The position numbers and the translations under genes are program-made. The notes under the pieces were generated by a model, which had not been told where the DNA came from, did not search any database, and worked only from the letters and a program-made list of their open reading frames with translations. A stretch of DNA of 64,000 bases, taken from Candidatus Staskawiczbacteria bacterium. Lineage in GTDB: Bacteria > Patescibacteriota > Minisyncoccia > Minisyncoccales > Staskawiczbacteraceae. Positions 42,971 through 52,439 of the stretch are shown here, in pieces. Where the stretch lies: assembly GCA_041661545.1 (NCBI GenBank), contig JBAZUH010000001.1:275877-339876 (forward strand). The letters are read 5' to 3'. The number at the start of each line of letters is the position of its first letter. Position 1 is the stretch's first letter.

Positions 42971-45046
42971 TTACTTTCTTTTTCCGTCGATAATTTCTTG
43001 AGCTATATTAGCAGGAACTTGTTCATAACTATTAAATTCCATATTAAAACTTGCTCGGCCCTCTGTTAAAGATCTTATAGATGTAGCGTATCCAAATGTT
43101 TCTGACAAAGGCACCTCAGCATCTACAACTTTCATGCCAGCTCTTTCTGAAGTTTCTTTAATTTGTCCTCTTCGTGAGCTTATATCAGAAATAACTTGTC
43201 CAAAAAAGTCTTCTGGGGTTACAACTTCCATTTTCATAACTGGCTCTAATATAACAGGCTTGGCAGCTTTGGCAGCTTTTTGAAATGCCATTGAACCTGC
43301 AATTTTAAAAGCAAATTCAGATGAGTCAACTTCGTGGAAAGATCCATCATATAAAGTAACCTCAACATCAACCATTGGATATCCAGCAACAACCCCCTTA
43401 TCCATAGCTTCTACAACTCCTTTTTCAACTGGTTTAATAAATTCTTTTGGAATTGAACCTCCTCTAATTTCATCTACAAATTCAAATCCAGCTCCCCTTT
43501 CTTTTGGCTTAACAGTTAACATAACGTGACCGTATTGTCCTTTACCACCCGATTGTCTGGCATATTTTTCTTCTCCGTTAGCTTCCATAGTAATTGTTTC
43601 TCTATAAGCTACTTGAGGTTTTCCATAATTAGCTTCAACGTGAAACTCTCTTCTCAATCTATCTGCAATAATATCTAAGTGCAATTCTCCCATACCAGAA
43701 ATAATTGTTTCGCCGGTTTCCAAATCTTCTTTAATTCTAAAGGTTGGATCTTCTTCTGTAAGTTTTCTAATAGACATAATAAGTTTTTCTTGGTCAACTT
43801 TTGTTTTTGGTTCAACCCTAATTCCAATAACTGGTTCTGGAAATACAATTTTTTCTAAAATAACTGGAGCTGATTTGTCGCACAATGTATGCCCAGTGCT
43901 GGTTGCTTTTAACCCAACTGTAGCTCCAATTTCTCCTGCATAAATAATATCAAGTTCTTGCCTTTCATCGGCGTGCATTCTTAAAATTCTAGCAATTCTT
44001 TCTTGCTCTCCGGTATTTGCATTCAAAACATAACTACCTTTTTGTAAAAATCCAGAATAAACTCTAAAAAAGGTTAATGTTCCAACATATGGATCGGTTG
44101 CAATTTTAAACACCAAAGCTGAAAATGGTTCTGTGTCTGAAGAGTTTCTTTCTATTACAGCCCCTGTTTTTGGGTCTGTTCCTTGCTGAGCTGGAACTTC
44201 TAATGGTGAAGGCAATAATTCTACAACTGCATCTAAAATTGTCTGCACTCCCTTGTTTTTTAAAGCACTTCCACAAAAAACAGGAATTAATTTATAATTT
44301 AAAACTGATTTTCTTAAAACATTTTTAATTTCTTCTGTTGTTATTTCTTTTCCTTCTAAAAATTTCTCTGTTAATGCATCATCTTCTCCGGCAATTTTTT
44401 CAATCATTTTTTTGTGCCATACATCGGCTTCGGCTTTCCATTCTTCGGGAATTTCTTTTTCAACTATATTAATTCCTTTTTCTCCTTCAAAATAAAGAGC
44501 TTTCATTTTCATTAAATCAACAACTCCGGCTAAATTTTCTTCTGTTCCCATTGGAAAAGAAACTGCAACTGCATTTGGAGTTAATTTTGTTAAAATTGAT
44601 TGAAAACTTTTATCAAAAGAAGCTCCCATTCTATCTAGCTTGTTTACAAAGCAAATTCTAGGAACATTATATTTATCAGCTTGTCTCCAAACTGTTTCAG
44701 ACTGTGGTTCTACTCCGGCAACACCATCAAACACAACCACTGCTCCGTCTAAAACTCTTAATGAGCGTTGAACTTCGGCGGTAAAATCAATGTGACCAGG
44801 TGTGTCAATTAAGTTTATTTGATGATCTCTCCAATACATAGTTGTAGCAGCAGAGGTAATTGTTATACCCCTTTCTCTTTCTTGAACCATCCAATCCATA
44901 ACTGCCTCTCCTTCGTGAACTTCTCCAATTTTGTGAGAAACTCCCGTATAAAAAAGCAAACGCTCGGAAAAAGTAGTTTTTCCTGCGTCTATATGAGCAA
45001 TAATACCTATGTTTCTTAATTTATCTAAAGGATGTTGTCTTGACAT
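42971..45046 (-). CDS. fusA: elongation factor G
   Basis: [22 protein letters not shown] and NKLD GTPase motifs. 691 aa. Confidence 0.98.
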   Translation of the reverse strand: MSRQHPLDKLRNIGIIAHIDAGKTTFSERLLFYTGVSHKIGEVHEGEAVMDWMVQERERGITITSAATTMYWRDHQINLIDTPGHIDFTAEVQRSLRVLDGAVVVFDGVAGVEPQSETVWRQADKYNVPRICFVNKLDRMGASFDKSFQSILTKLTPNAVAVSFPMGTEENLAGVVDLMKMKALYFEGEKGINIVEKEIPEEWKAEADVWHKKMIEKIAGEDDALTEKFLEGKEITTEEIKNVLRKSVLNYKLIPVFCGSALKNKGVQTILDAVVELLPSPLEVPAQQGTDPKTGAVIERNSSDTEPFSALVFKIATDPYVGTLTFFRVYSGFLQKGSYVLNANTGEQERIARILRMHADERQELDIIYAGEIGATVGLKATSTGHTLCDKSAPVILEKIVFPEPVIGIRVEPKTKVDQEKLIMSIRKLTEEDPTFRIKEDLETGETIISGMGELHLDIIADRLRREFHVEANYGKPQVAYRETITMEANGEEKYARQSGGKGQYGHVMLTVKPKERGAGFEFVDEIRGGSIPKEFIKPVEKGVVEAMDKGVVAGYPMVDVEVTLYDGSFHEVDSSEFAFKIAGSMAFQKAAKAAKPVILEPVMKMEVVTPEDFFGQVISDISSRRGQIKETSERAGMKVVDAEVPLSETFGYATSIRSLTEGRASFNMEFNSYEQVPANIAQEIIDGKRK

Positions 45047-45049
45047 AAA

Positions 45050-45376
45050 TTATTTTTTAAAAATTCTTTTAAATATTCCGTATAATATACCTATAACCAC
45101 TAAACCTAGACCAAACCAAGAAAAATAAAGGCCATTTTTCATTGGAAAAGTTACTAAAAATAATACCGCACCAAATAGAGCGATAATAAAAGAAACAAAA
45201 TCAAGTAAAGTGGCAATCCCTAAAATTAAAAATCCTGGCGTAAGAAAGAAAATCAAAAATGCTCCTCCAAATACACCGCCGGGCCCACCCACATTAGCAA
45301 AACCTAAAACTAATCCCAAAATCAAAGATAATACAGATAATACAAAAAAAATAATAGAAAATATTTTTTTGGTCAT
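45050..45376 (-). CDS. small polytopic membrane protein inserted between rpsG and fusA
   Basis: 108 aa with 3-4 Gly/Phe/Leu-rich hydrophobic helices. Tightly packed: 3 nt before fusA and 5 nt after rpsG. Confidence 0.6.
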   Translation of the reverse strand: MTKKIFSIIFFVLSVLSLILGLVLGFANVGGPGGVFGGAFLIFFLTPGFLILGIATLLDFVSFIIALFGAVLFLVTFPMKNGLYFSWFGLGLVVIGILYGIFKRIFKK

Positions 45377-45381
45377 ATATA

Positions 45382-45846
45382 TTAGCGGGCGAAGCGAGCA
45401 AAGGCCTTGTTAGCTTCGGCCATTCTGTGAGTATCTGCTTTCTTTTTGATAGCACTTCCTTGATTATTTACACAATCCATTAATTCTGCGGCTAATTTTT
45501 CTGCCATTGGCTTTCCTTTTTTACCGCGAGCTGCATCTAAAATCCATTTTGTTGCTAAAGCTAATCTTCTTTCTCCTCTAACTTCCATAGGAACCTGATA
45601 AGTTGCGCCACCAATTCTTTTTGGTTTAACTTCTAAAAGAGGTGAAGCATTCTCAATGGCCAATTTAAAAATTTCTAAAGGTTCTTTTTTGGTTTTTTCT
45701 TTTATTATATCAAAAGCATCATAAACAATTTTTTGAGCAATTGTTTTCTTACCGCTTTTCATGACTTTGTTTATAAACTGAGATATAACTATTTCGTTAT
45801 AAACTCCGTCTGGTGATATTTTGTGTTTTTTATATGCGCGCCTCAT
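45382..45846 (-). CDS. rpsG: 30S ribosomal protein S7
   Basis: ...GKK..A..IVY.AF..I........PLE.F..A.EN..P..EV...[11 protein letters not shown] pattern. Confidence 0.95.
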   Translation of the reverse strand: MRRAYKKHKISPDGVYNEIVISQFINKVMKSGKKTIAQKIVYDAFDIIKEKTKKEPLEIFKLAIENASPLLEVKPKRIGGATYQVPMEVRGERRLALATKWILDAARGKKGKPMAEKLAAELMDCVNNQGSAIKKKADTHRMAEANKAFARFAR

Positions 45847-45856
45847 CGAACGTTTT

Positions 45857-45930
45857 TAAAGTTTGTAAAGTTTGTAAAGTTTATAAAGTTTTGCGAACTT
45901 GATGAACTTGAAACTTGATGAACTTGATAA
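45857..45930. repeat. short tandem repeats in the rpsL-rpsG spacer
   Basis: (AAAGTTTGT)x2, then AAAGTTTAT AAAGTTTTG, followed by (GAACTTGAT)-type units of roughly opposite polarity. Confidence 0.7.
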
Positions 45931-46341
45931 CTATTTTGTTTTCTTTGTACCGTATCTACTTCTTGTTTGTTTTCTATTTTCAACTCCTGCTGTATCTAAC
46001 ACTCCTCTAACAATATGATATCTTACACCTGGTAAATCTTTAACCCTTCCTCCTCTAATTAAAACAATAGAGTGCTCTTGCAAATTGTGTCCTTCTCCTG
46101 GAATATAGGCTGTAACTTCCATTCCGTTTGATAATTTAACCCTAGCCACTTTTCTTAAAGCTGAGTTAGGTTTTTTTGGTGTTTGAGTAAACACTTTAAT
46201 GCATACTCCTCTTTTAAATGGCGAAGAATAATATGATGTTTTGTTTCTTAAAACATTAAAACCACGATGCAGTGCAACGTTCTTTTTTCCGCTTTTTTTA
46301 TTTTTTCTATTCTTTTTAACTAATTGATGAATTGTAGGCAT
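45931..46341 (-). CDS. rpsL: 30S ribosomal protein S12
   Basis: [10 protein letters not shown]...[53 protein letters not shown]. The start was moved to the ATG at 46341. Confidence 0.97.
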   Translation of the reverse strand: MPTIHQLVKKNRKNKKSGKKNVALHRGFNVLRNKTSYYSSPFKRGVCIKVFTQTPKKPNSALRKVARVKLSNGMEVTAYIPGEGHNLQEHSIVLIRGGRVKDLPGVRYHIVRGVLDTAGVENRKQTRSRYGTKKTK

Positions 46342-46435
46342 TTGTTTTTTATAATAAAATAAACGCAAATTGCGTATGTGATTAGTAGTTTAGCAAAAAT
46401 TTTTTATAATGTCAATAACTTTGTGTATGTTTATA

Positions 46436-47344
46436 TTATTTTGGGCTTAATTTATAAACTTTTCGATTGGCTAAGATGCTTTTTATTTTATCGGCATCAG
46501 CTCCGGTTTTTTCGATAGAAGCCAAATCGTCTGCAACAAGCGACTGGCTGACAACTTCGGCCTCAAAGCCCGTTTCTTCCAAAAAATTATCTACATCCTG
46601 TTGGTCGACAAATCTGCAACTTGCAAAATCCCGTCCGGTTGCATTAAACATATTGTCTAGGAACTTTTTAACTGCTGGGCTTCCAGTTAACGCTCCAATA
46701 TTGCCGGAGCCCGAACCAAAATCCGCTGAAATCCAAACCCCGCCCTTTTCCTCTAAAATACGCCTTATATTTTTAGCAAAAATTACTTTTTCTTGGCGAT
46801 TAAAATACGACATCAACCCTTCGTTGCAAATAGCAACCGGTCCGTCAAAACTTTTTGCAACAAACGACATTTGTTCAGAATCTAGGGCGTTTACTGTAGC
46901 AAAATGTAAATTGGCTCTTGCCTGGCTCTCTTTAGAAAGAATTCCTTCTATTATTCTTTGTTTTTCAGCAAGTATTCCTGGCAAATCGCTTTCCACATAA
47001 TTAACCAAAGGATCTTCTGTCATCACCAAACCACGGGGAGACACCCCCGAAGCAATTTCCAAAACATTTTTACATCCGGATTTTTCAATCATTGCATTGA
47101 TCATTTTGTATCTTGCTTCGCTTGGTGGAGCAAGAAATGAAATCACTGCTTTTCTATCTGCGTCACTTAACTCATTAAACATTTCCCCAGAATTTGTGGC
47201 ATCTGAAATCTCCTGCGAATACGGAATGTCGCTAAAAGAGCGAAAATACGCCACAGCTTTTGCTGTTGGGCTAATCAATTCCGGGTTGGGTTCATTTTCA
47301 GGAACTGAACGATCTTCTGGCTTTGGTTCAAATATATCAGACAT
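46436..47344 (-). CDS. class I SAM-dependent methyltransferase
   Basis: VLEIASGVSPRG motif I and downstream acidic motif II (ESDLP). GC is intermediate, above the backbone. Confidence 0.6.
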   Translation of the reverse strand: MSDIFEPKPEDRSVPENEPNPELISPTAKAVAYFRSFSDIPYSQEISDATNSGEMFNELSDADRKAVISFLAPPSEARYKMINAMIEKSGCKNVLEIASGVSPRGLVMTEDPLVNYVESDLPGILAEKQRIIEGILSKESQARANLHFATVNALDSEQMSFVAKSFDGPVAICNEGLMSYFNRQEKVIFAKNIRRILEEKGGVWISADFGSGSGNIGALTGSPAVKKFLDNMFNATGRDFASCRFVDQQDVDNFLEETGFEAEVVSQSLVADDLASIEKTGADADKIKSILANRKVYKLSPK

Positions 47345-47354
47345 AAAATTTATT

Positions 47355-47993
47355 TTATAATGTCAACATGCGTCCGGTGATTAACTGAAAAATAATACTT
47401 GTTACGCTAGACCACACGCCTCCACCAAAAACAATTAACAAAATTAATATAATCACTCCATACTGTCTTAAAAAGTTTTTAATATAATCTAATTTTGCTG
47501 GCAATAAACTGAATAAAATCCAAGAACCATCTAATGGTGGCACAGGAATAAGATTAAAAATTGCTAACCATATATTAATAGCAACAACATAGATTAAAGC
47601 AATCATTATTCCTGGATTTCCTGAAATTATTGCATCGGGTATAAATCTTAATATTAATCCAAAAAATACTGCAATGGCTAAATTTGATAATGGCCCTGCA
47701 ATAGAAACCTTAATCTCTCCATATTTTTTATCTCTAAAATTATAAGGATTTACTGGAACAGGTTTTGCCCAGCCAAATAAAAATGGGCTTCCTGCTACAA
47801 ATAATAACAACGGCAAAATAATTGATCCAAACGGGTCTAAATGCTTTAAAGGATTTAGGGTTAACCTTCCTTCATATTTTGCAGTTGGATCACCCAAAGA
47901 ATAAGCCACACTTCCGTGAGCTAGTTCATGAATAATTACAGAAAAAAGCAATATAACCAAAGAAAAAATTGTAATAATTATTGTTGGATCCAT
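47355..47993 (-). CDS. site-2 protease family (M50) membrane metalloprotease
   Basis: HELAHG in the first TM, RLTLNPLKHLDPFGS, and NL.PVPPLDG. Confidence 0.85.
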   Translation of the reverse strand: MDPTIIITIFSLVILLFSVIIHELAHGSVAYSLGDPTAKYEGRLTLNPLKHLDPFGSIILPLLLFVAGSPFLFGWAKPVPVNPYNFRDKKYGEIKVSIAGPLSNLAIAVFFGLILRFIPDAIISGNPGIMIALIYVVAINIWLAIFNLIPVPPLDGSWILFSLLPAKLDYIKNFLRQYGVIILILLIVFGGGVWSSVTSIIFQLITGRMLTL

Positions 47994-48176
47994 AAGTTTA
48001 CGTAGCGTAGCGATATTTCATTTATATTACACTATATTTTTGATACTTGCAAAATACTATATATAATGGTAGAGTAAATTATTAAATTTATGAATTCAGA
48101 ATCGTGTATCTGGAATCTAGAATAGAATGTAAGTCTATTCAAGATACAAAATACCAAATTCAATATTCAATCAAAT

Positions 48177-48365
48177 ATGGCAGAAAAAATTTGTACAATT
48201 TGTGGTAAAAAATCCTCAATGAAAACCGTTCTCGTTAAATTAAGAGGAAAATATAATCCAACTACTAAAGTTAGAACAAAGCCAAATCTTCAATGGCTTA
48301 GATTGTCGTCTGGCAAAAGAATTCTCTCGTGTACTAAGTGTATAAAAAGAGCATCTAAAATCTAA
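48177..48365 (+). CDS. rpmB: 50S ribosomal protein L28
   Basis: CTICGKK......V......N.T....KPNLQ......G.R...CTKC.K pattern, 62 aa. Confidence 0.85.
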   Translation: MAEKICTICGKKSSMKTVLVKLRGKYNPTTKVRTKPNLQWLRLSSGKRILSCTKCIKRASKI

Positions 48366-48372
48366 ACTCTTT

Positions 48373-48446
48373 CGGGCTATAGTGTAACGGTAGCACGAGT
48401 CCATGGGGTGGATTTAGTCTGAGTTCAAATCTCAGTAGCCCGACCA
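48373..48446 (+). tRNA. tRNA-Pro (anticodon GGG), CCA encoded
   Basis: CGGGCTA/TA/GTGT-AACGGTA-GCAC/G/AGTCC-ATGGGGT-GGATT/TAGT/CTGAG-TTCAAAT-CTCAG/TAGCCCG/A/CCA. C1:G72 and G37 are typical of tRNA-Pro. Confidence 0.9.
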
Positions 48447-48450
48447 TAAC

Positions 48451-48480
48451 AAAAAAGCATCCTAATTAAGATGCTTTTTT
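48451..48480. terminator. intrinsic terminator after tRNA-Pro
   Basis: AAAAAA-GCATC-CTAATTAA-GATGC-TTTTTT. Confidence 0.75.
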
Positions 48481-48644
48481 GTTGCCCTGATTTCCTTAAA
48501 AAATTCTAGTATATTTTAGGTGGGTGCTCTCATGCCACAACCACGGTTGTAACAAATTTGAACTCCCTATAAAAAGTTTGTATAGAATTTATTGTGAAAT
48601 ATCAGAGCTATCTTTATTATAGTCGGCTAAACTGTTGTGTCAAA

Positions 48645-49703
48645 TTAAAGTCCAAGGGTTTTAACTAGCTGTTTTATCAGCGAAACTACAACAGGAGGTG
48701 GCATTAAACTATTTGATAAATTGCCTTCGTCATCTTTAATTTCCCATGGTTTTTCGTGAGTTAAAACTTGTCCATCTTTAAATTCATAACTAAATTCAGG
48801 AGTAATTTCGTAGTCATCGGCTGTTTCTTTTGTTTTTTCTAATGGAATAGAATTTCTTAACATTATTTTTGGTATGCCTTGCAAATTATAAGCTTCTTTT
48901 ATCAACATTTCATCTTTTTCTAATCTTTCTCTAATTGGTTCAATGCCATGCTCGTCACCTTCTTTAGCAACCATTCTAGCTCCAGGACAACCAGAATTAT
49001 CACAAATTAAATGGAAAATTCCATTATCGTGTTCAATTTTTTGAGTTGGCAAAAGTTTTAAACTTCTAGAATTATTACAAAGCGGACAAATAACTCTTGT
49101 TTTTACCCTTTCATCAATTATTGTTGTAGGCACATCAATTAAAACAAAAACATCTTGGTCATCTCTATAGTTAATTAAATCTCTAAAATATAAAGCATAA
49201 GAAATTTGATCTAAATCTCTTGGAAAGCCATCAATAAAAATTGTTTTCTTGCCAAGTTTGGCAATTTCTCTTTTAGCTAAAGCTAAAATCAATTCTGTTG
49301 GCAATAAAACTTTTGTAGATCTACTTTCAAATGCTTCCATTATTTTTTCTAATGGCAGATAACCTCTATAACTTTGTTTTAAAAATTCAACCAATTCGCC
49401 CTTTTTAGCTTCATCTTTCATTGTTTCATCAAAAGACCTTATCATATCTCCCACTGAAAAATGAGCAATTTTGTCTTTATCTATAACTTCTGCCAACATT
49501 TTAGCATATGTTCCCTTTCCAGAAGATTTTTTTCCCATTAAATATGCAATAAAAGTATTTTTTTGCATATATTCTCTAAGTTTTGCAATTTCTGGGCCGG
49601 CTTTATACTCAAAATACTCTTGACGAGATTTAACGTCGGTTAAATCAAACTTTTTATATTGATCACTCTTCGTTACAAAAAGTGGAAAATCTAAATCTTT
49701 CAT
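48645..49703 (-). CDS. adenylate kinase family protein (long form, zinc LID)
   Basis: P-loop GKKSSGKGTYA, GFPRDLDQ, and a Cys4 LID (CPLCNN...CDNSGCPG). 352 aa with N- and C-terminal extensions. This is a second AK-family gene in the window. Confidence 0.65.
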   Translation of the reverse strand: MKDLDFPLFVTKSDQYKKFDLTDVKSRQEYFEYKAGPEIAKLREYMQKNTFIAYLMGKKSSGKGTYAKMLAEVIDKDKIAHFSVGDMIRSFDETMKDEAKKGELVEFLKQSYRGYLPLEKIMEAFESRSTKVLLPTELILALAKREIAKLGKKTIFIDGFPRDLDQISYALYFRDLINYRDDQDVFVLIDVPTTIIDERVKTRVICPLCNNSRSLKLLPTQKIEHDNGIFHLICDNSGCPGARMVAKEGDEHGIEPIRERLEKDEMLIKEAYNLQGIPKIMLRNSIPLEKTKETADDYEITPEFSYEFKDGQVLTHEKPWEIKDDEGNLSNSLMPPPVVVSLIKQLVKTLGL

Positions 49704-49716
49704 ATTATTATTTTTT

Positions 49717-49839
49717 AAGCGAGGGAATAAATTTAAAGCGAGCCAAATAAATTTTTAGAGGAGGGGCAATCGCCTTCAGGACATTCCCCCGACGAGCAAA
49801 AATTTGATTTGGCGAGCGGATAAATTTATTTCTCGAGCG
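49717..49839. repeat. family-1 nested palindromic element
   Basis: AAGCGAGGGAATAAATTTAAAGCGAGCCAAATAAATTTTT...AAAAATTTGATTTGGCGAGCGGATAAATTTATTTCTCGAGCG. The right arm supplies the last codons and stop of the 49826..50689 gene. Confidence 0.85.
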
Positions 49840-50689
49840 TTATGTTTTTACCGTTGGAAACAAATTTAATGTCTCCATCTTTATATGTTGTAAATATCTT
49901 TATACCAAAATTTTCCAATCTTTGCAAAGTTTCTGGCGTAGGATGGCCATAAGAATTTTTGCCAACTTCTATAACTGCAATTTTAGGATTAACATTTTCT
50001 AAAAATATATTAGAAGTAGAATATTTACTTCCATGATGAGCAACTTTTAAAACATCTGATAAAATATCTTCTTTAGATTTTACCAGTGCATATTCTCCTT
50101 TGCTTGAAATATCTCCTGTAAAAAGAAACGCGTTAGCTCCAAAAATTACTTTTGAAACAACTCCGGCATCATTTGAAGTTTTTTTTGGTTCTTGGCCCTC
50201 AATGCTGTTAAACGGATACAATGTTTTTATCAAAACATTGCCGGCTCTTATTTCTTGGCCCGATTGCGCAATTATAATTTTAGCTCCCATTTCTTTTTGT
50301 TTTTCTAGTTCATTTAACCAAATATTATATTCTGCGTTTTGCCTTACAACGCCTGTCCATAATATATAATCTATTTTGTATATTTTCAAAACAGATAAAA
50401 GCCCTCTCATATGATCTGATTCTGGGTGAGACAAAATTACCAAATCTATTGTTTTATCCCAAACAGGCATATTATTTGCTAATTTTTCTAAAACTGCTTG
50501 GCCCGGGCCACCGTCAATTAAAATTTGATGATTTTGTGGAGTTTCAATAAAAGCTGAGTCTCCTTGCCCCACATCTAAAAAACTTATTTTTAAATTAGCG
50601 TCTCTAGCTAATACAAAAATCTCTCGCCAACACACAAAATTCAAAATTAACAAAATCCCCGCAATAAATAAAATTATTTTCTTGTCCAT
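49826..50689 (-). CDS. ComEC/Rec2-related MBL-fold protein (lactamase-like domain only)
   Basis: N-terminal TM, FLDVGQGDSAFIE......LIDGG, SHPESDH, KVAHHGSKYS. Confidence 0.8.
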   Translation of the reverse strand: MDKKIILFIAGILLILNFVCWREIFVLARDANLKISFLDVGQGDSAFIETPQNHQILIDGGPGQAVLEKLANNMPVWDKTIDLVILSHPESDHMRGLLSVLKIYKIDYILWTGVVRQNAEYNIWLNELEKQKEMGAKIIIAQSGQEIRAGNVLIKTLYPFNSIEGQEPKKTSNDAGVVSKVIFGANAFLFTGDISSKGEYALVKSKEDILSDVLKVAHHGSKYSTSNIFLENVNPKIAVIEVGKNSYGHPTPETLQRLENFGIKIFTTYKDGDIKFVSNGKNITLEK

Positions 50690-50706
50690 TTTAATTATTA
50701 TATACC

Positions 50707-50732
50707 AAAAAACGCCCAGAAGGGCGTTTTTT
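50707..50732. terminator. bidirectional intrinsic terminator
   Basis: AAAAAA-CGCCC-AGAA-GGGCG-TTTTTT. Confidence 0.8.
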
Positions 50733-50739
50733 GTAAAAA

Positions 50740-50904
50740 CTATTTCTTCATTCCCAAAATTTTAAACATTCCTGTTCCGCAAATTGGGCAAGTTCCCTTC
50801 ATTGCAGCTCTTTTTTTACCACCCTTTCCATTCATCTCAACTTCTTTAGGGTCTTTCATATCTCTTTTTGCTTTGCACTTTACGCAATATGCTTCTGTAG
50901 CCAT
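50740..50904 (-). CDS. DUF5679-like zinc-ribbon mini-protein (54 aa)
   Basis: Hand translation gives MATEAYCVKCKAKRDMKDPKEVEMNGKGGKKRAAMKGTCPICGTGMFKILGMKK. Too short for the ORF track. Confidence 0.7.
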   Translation of the reverse strand: MATEAYCVKCKAKRDMKDPKEVEMNGKGGKKRAAMKGTCPICGTGMFKILGMKK

Positions 50905-51059
50905 AAATTTCATGAAACTCGAAATTCGAATATCGAAATTCGAAACATATTTTGAATTTATTTATTTTAAAAATTCTAATTTGTTTCTGATTTCGTGCTT
51001 CGTGCTTCGGATTTTAGTATTATTAGCCTATTTTATATCAGCCAAAACCATTGTCAACC

Positions 51060-51860
51060 CTATTGAGCGGTCCAACCACCATCTACAACCATTGTAGAGC
51101 CTGTCATATAAGAAGATTCGTCCGATGCCAAAAATACAACTGCACTGGCAATTTCTTCTGCTTGACCATCTCTTTTCATTGGTATCATTGCCAGCATAGC
51201 CTCTTTTACTTTAGGATCCATAGCTACTTTATGAGTTCCTGGAGTATCAATGGATCCTGGGTCAATAACATTAACTCTTATGCCCACAGGAGCTAATTCT
51301 AGAGCCATTGCTTTTGTCATTGCCGTCATACCACCTTTTGAAGCACAGTAATGTGTTAAACCTGCAAAACCCATTAAAGCAGCAATTGAAGCAATATTTA
51401 TAATAGAACCCCTTTGTCCTTTTTCATTGGGTGCGTTATCCTTCATTTTTAAAGCGCAAGCTTGTGCCATTAAAAAACTTCCTTTTAAATTTACATTAAT
51501 TACTTTTTCAAAATTAGCTTCTGGCATTTGCAAAAATGGCTCAAACGGAAATATTCCTGCATTATTTACTAAAATATCTATTTTTTTAAATTTTTTAATA
51601 GTTTCTGCCACTACATTATCAATATCTGCTTTTTTACTTATATCACATTTTATAGCAAGGGCCTCGCCTCTTATTTTTTTAATTTTTTCTACAACCTGGT
51701 TACATCCATCAATATCTATATCGCAAATAATCACTTTGGCGCCCGCCTGCACTAATTTTATAGCATCAGCCTCGCCCATTCCCTTAGCTCCTCCTGTTAC
51801 TATTGCAACTTTACCTTTTAAATCACCAAATTTTATTGTTGTTCTATTTAATCCAAACAT
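51060..51860 (-). CDS. SDR family oxidoreductase
   Basis: VAIVTGGAKGMG (TGxxxGxG), NNAG, and Y-x3-K (YCASKGG). Confidence 0.9.
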   Translation of the reverse strand: MFGLNRTTIKFGDLKGKVAIVTGGAKGMGEADAIKLVQAGAKVIICDIDIDGCNQVVEKIKKIRGEALAIKCDISKKADIDNVVAETIKKFKKIDILVNNAGIFPFEPFLQMPEANFEKVINVNLKGSFLMAQACALKMKDNAPNEKGQRGSIINIASIAALMGFAGLTHYCASKGGMTAMTKAMALELAPVGIRVNVIDPGSIDTPGTHKVAMDPKVKEAMLAMIPMKRDGQAEEIASAVVFLASDESSYMTGSTMVVDGGWTAQ

Positions 51861-51900
51861 ATATAAATAAATTTAATTATATTGAATAATTATACCACAA

Positions 51901-52434
51901 CTATTCTCTGCAACAATCTATAACAGCCTGAACAACTTTTCCTAATTTTGCCATAATTCCTTTTTTATCTGTATCTTTTTTATCTATTTGATTATCTTCT
52001 ATTTTCTTTACCTCGCCCATATCTATTAATTTTAAATTTAAACCCCAAAATAATGAATATAATTGATAAGATTTTTTAAATAAATCTTCTGCATCTTTTC
52101 TATTACCTCTAGTTAAAGCCTTTGTTCCAACTTCCATTAACCTCATTGAGGTAGCTAATAAATGCTTAGAAATGCACCAAACTTCTCCTTCTGGATCTTT
52201 TACAATTCTTTTCAATAACTCTTTTCTCATTTCTCTGGCAGTATCTAACAAATCAAAATATTCTGATTTTCCGGTTTTATTTGCAGTAAAGAAAAAATGC
52301 TCTTCTATAGAAATTAAATTCATTATAGCAATTGATAAATCTTCATCTGAAGATAAATCTAACTGATTATCTTTGTCTTCTTGAACCTTTTTAATAAATT
52401 CTTCTACTTTTTTATCTGTTAAATTATTTTCCAT
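51901..52434 (-). CDS. hypothetical protein
   Basis: 177-aa helical-looking ORF with no recognised motif. Last gene of the copper/redox gene string. Confidence 0.55.
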   Translation of the reverse strand: MENNLTDKKVEEFIKKVQEDKDNQLDLSSDEDLSIAIMNLISIEEHFFFTANKTGKSEYFDLLDTAREMRKELLKRIVKDPEGEVWCISKHLLATSMRLMEVGTKALTRGNRKDAEDLFKKSYQLYSLFWGLNLKLIDMGEVKKIEDNQIDKKDTDKKGIMAKLGKVVQAVIDCCRE

Positions 52435-52439
52435 GCTAT

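Noticed and set aside
45857-45930. Possible CRISPR array among the tandem repeats (also 34056-34083 and 50905-51030)
   Set aside because: Units are only about 9 nt, directly adjacent with no unique spacers, and total under 80 nt. No cas genes are in the window.
48481-48644. Possible integration scar or ncRNA downstream of tRNA-Pro
   Set aside because: tRNA 3' ends are common integration sites and this spacer is 160 nt. However, I found no repeat of the tRNA 3' end, no integrase and only a trivial hairpin (ACAACC-AC-GGTTGT). The evidence is insufficient.
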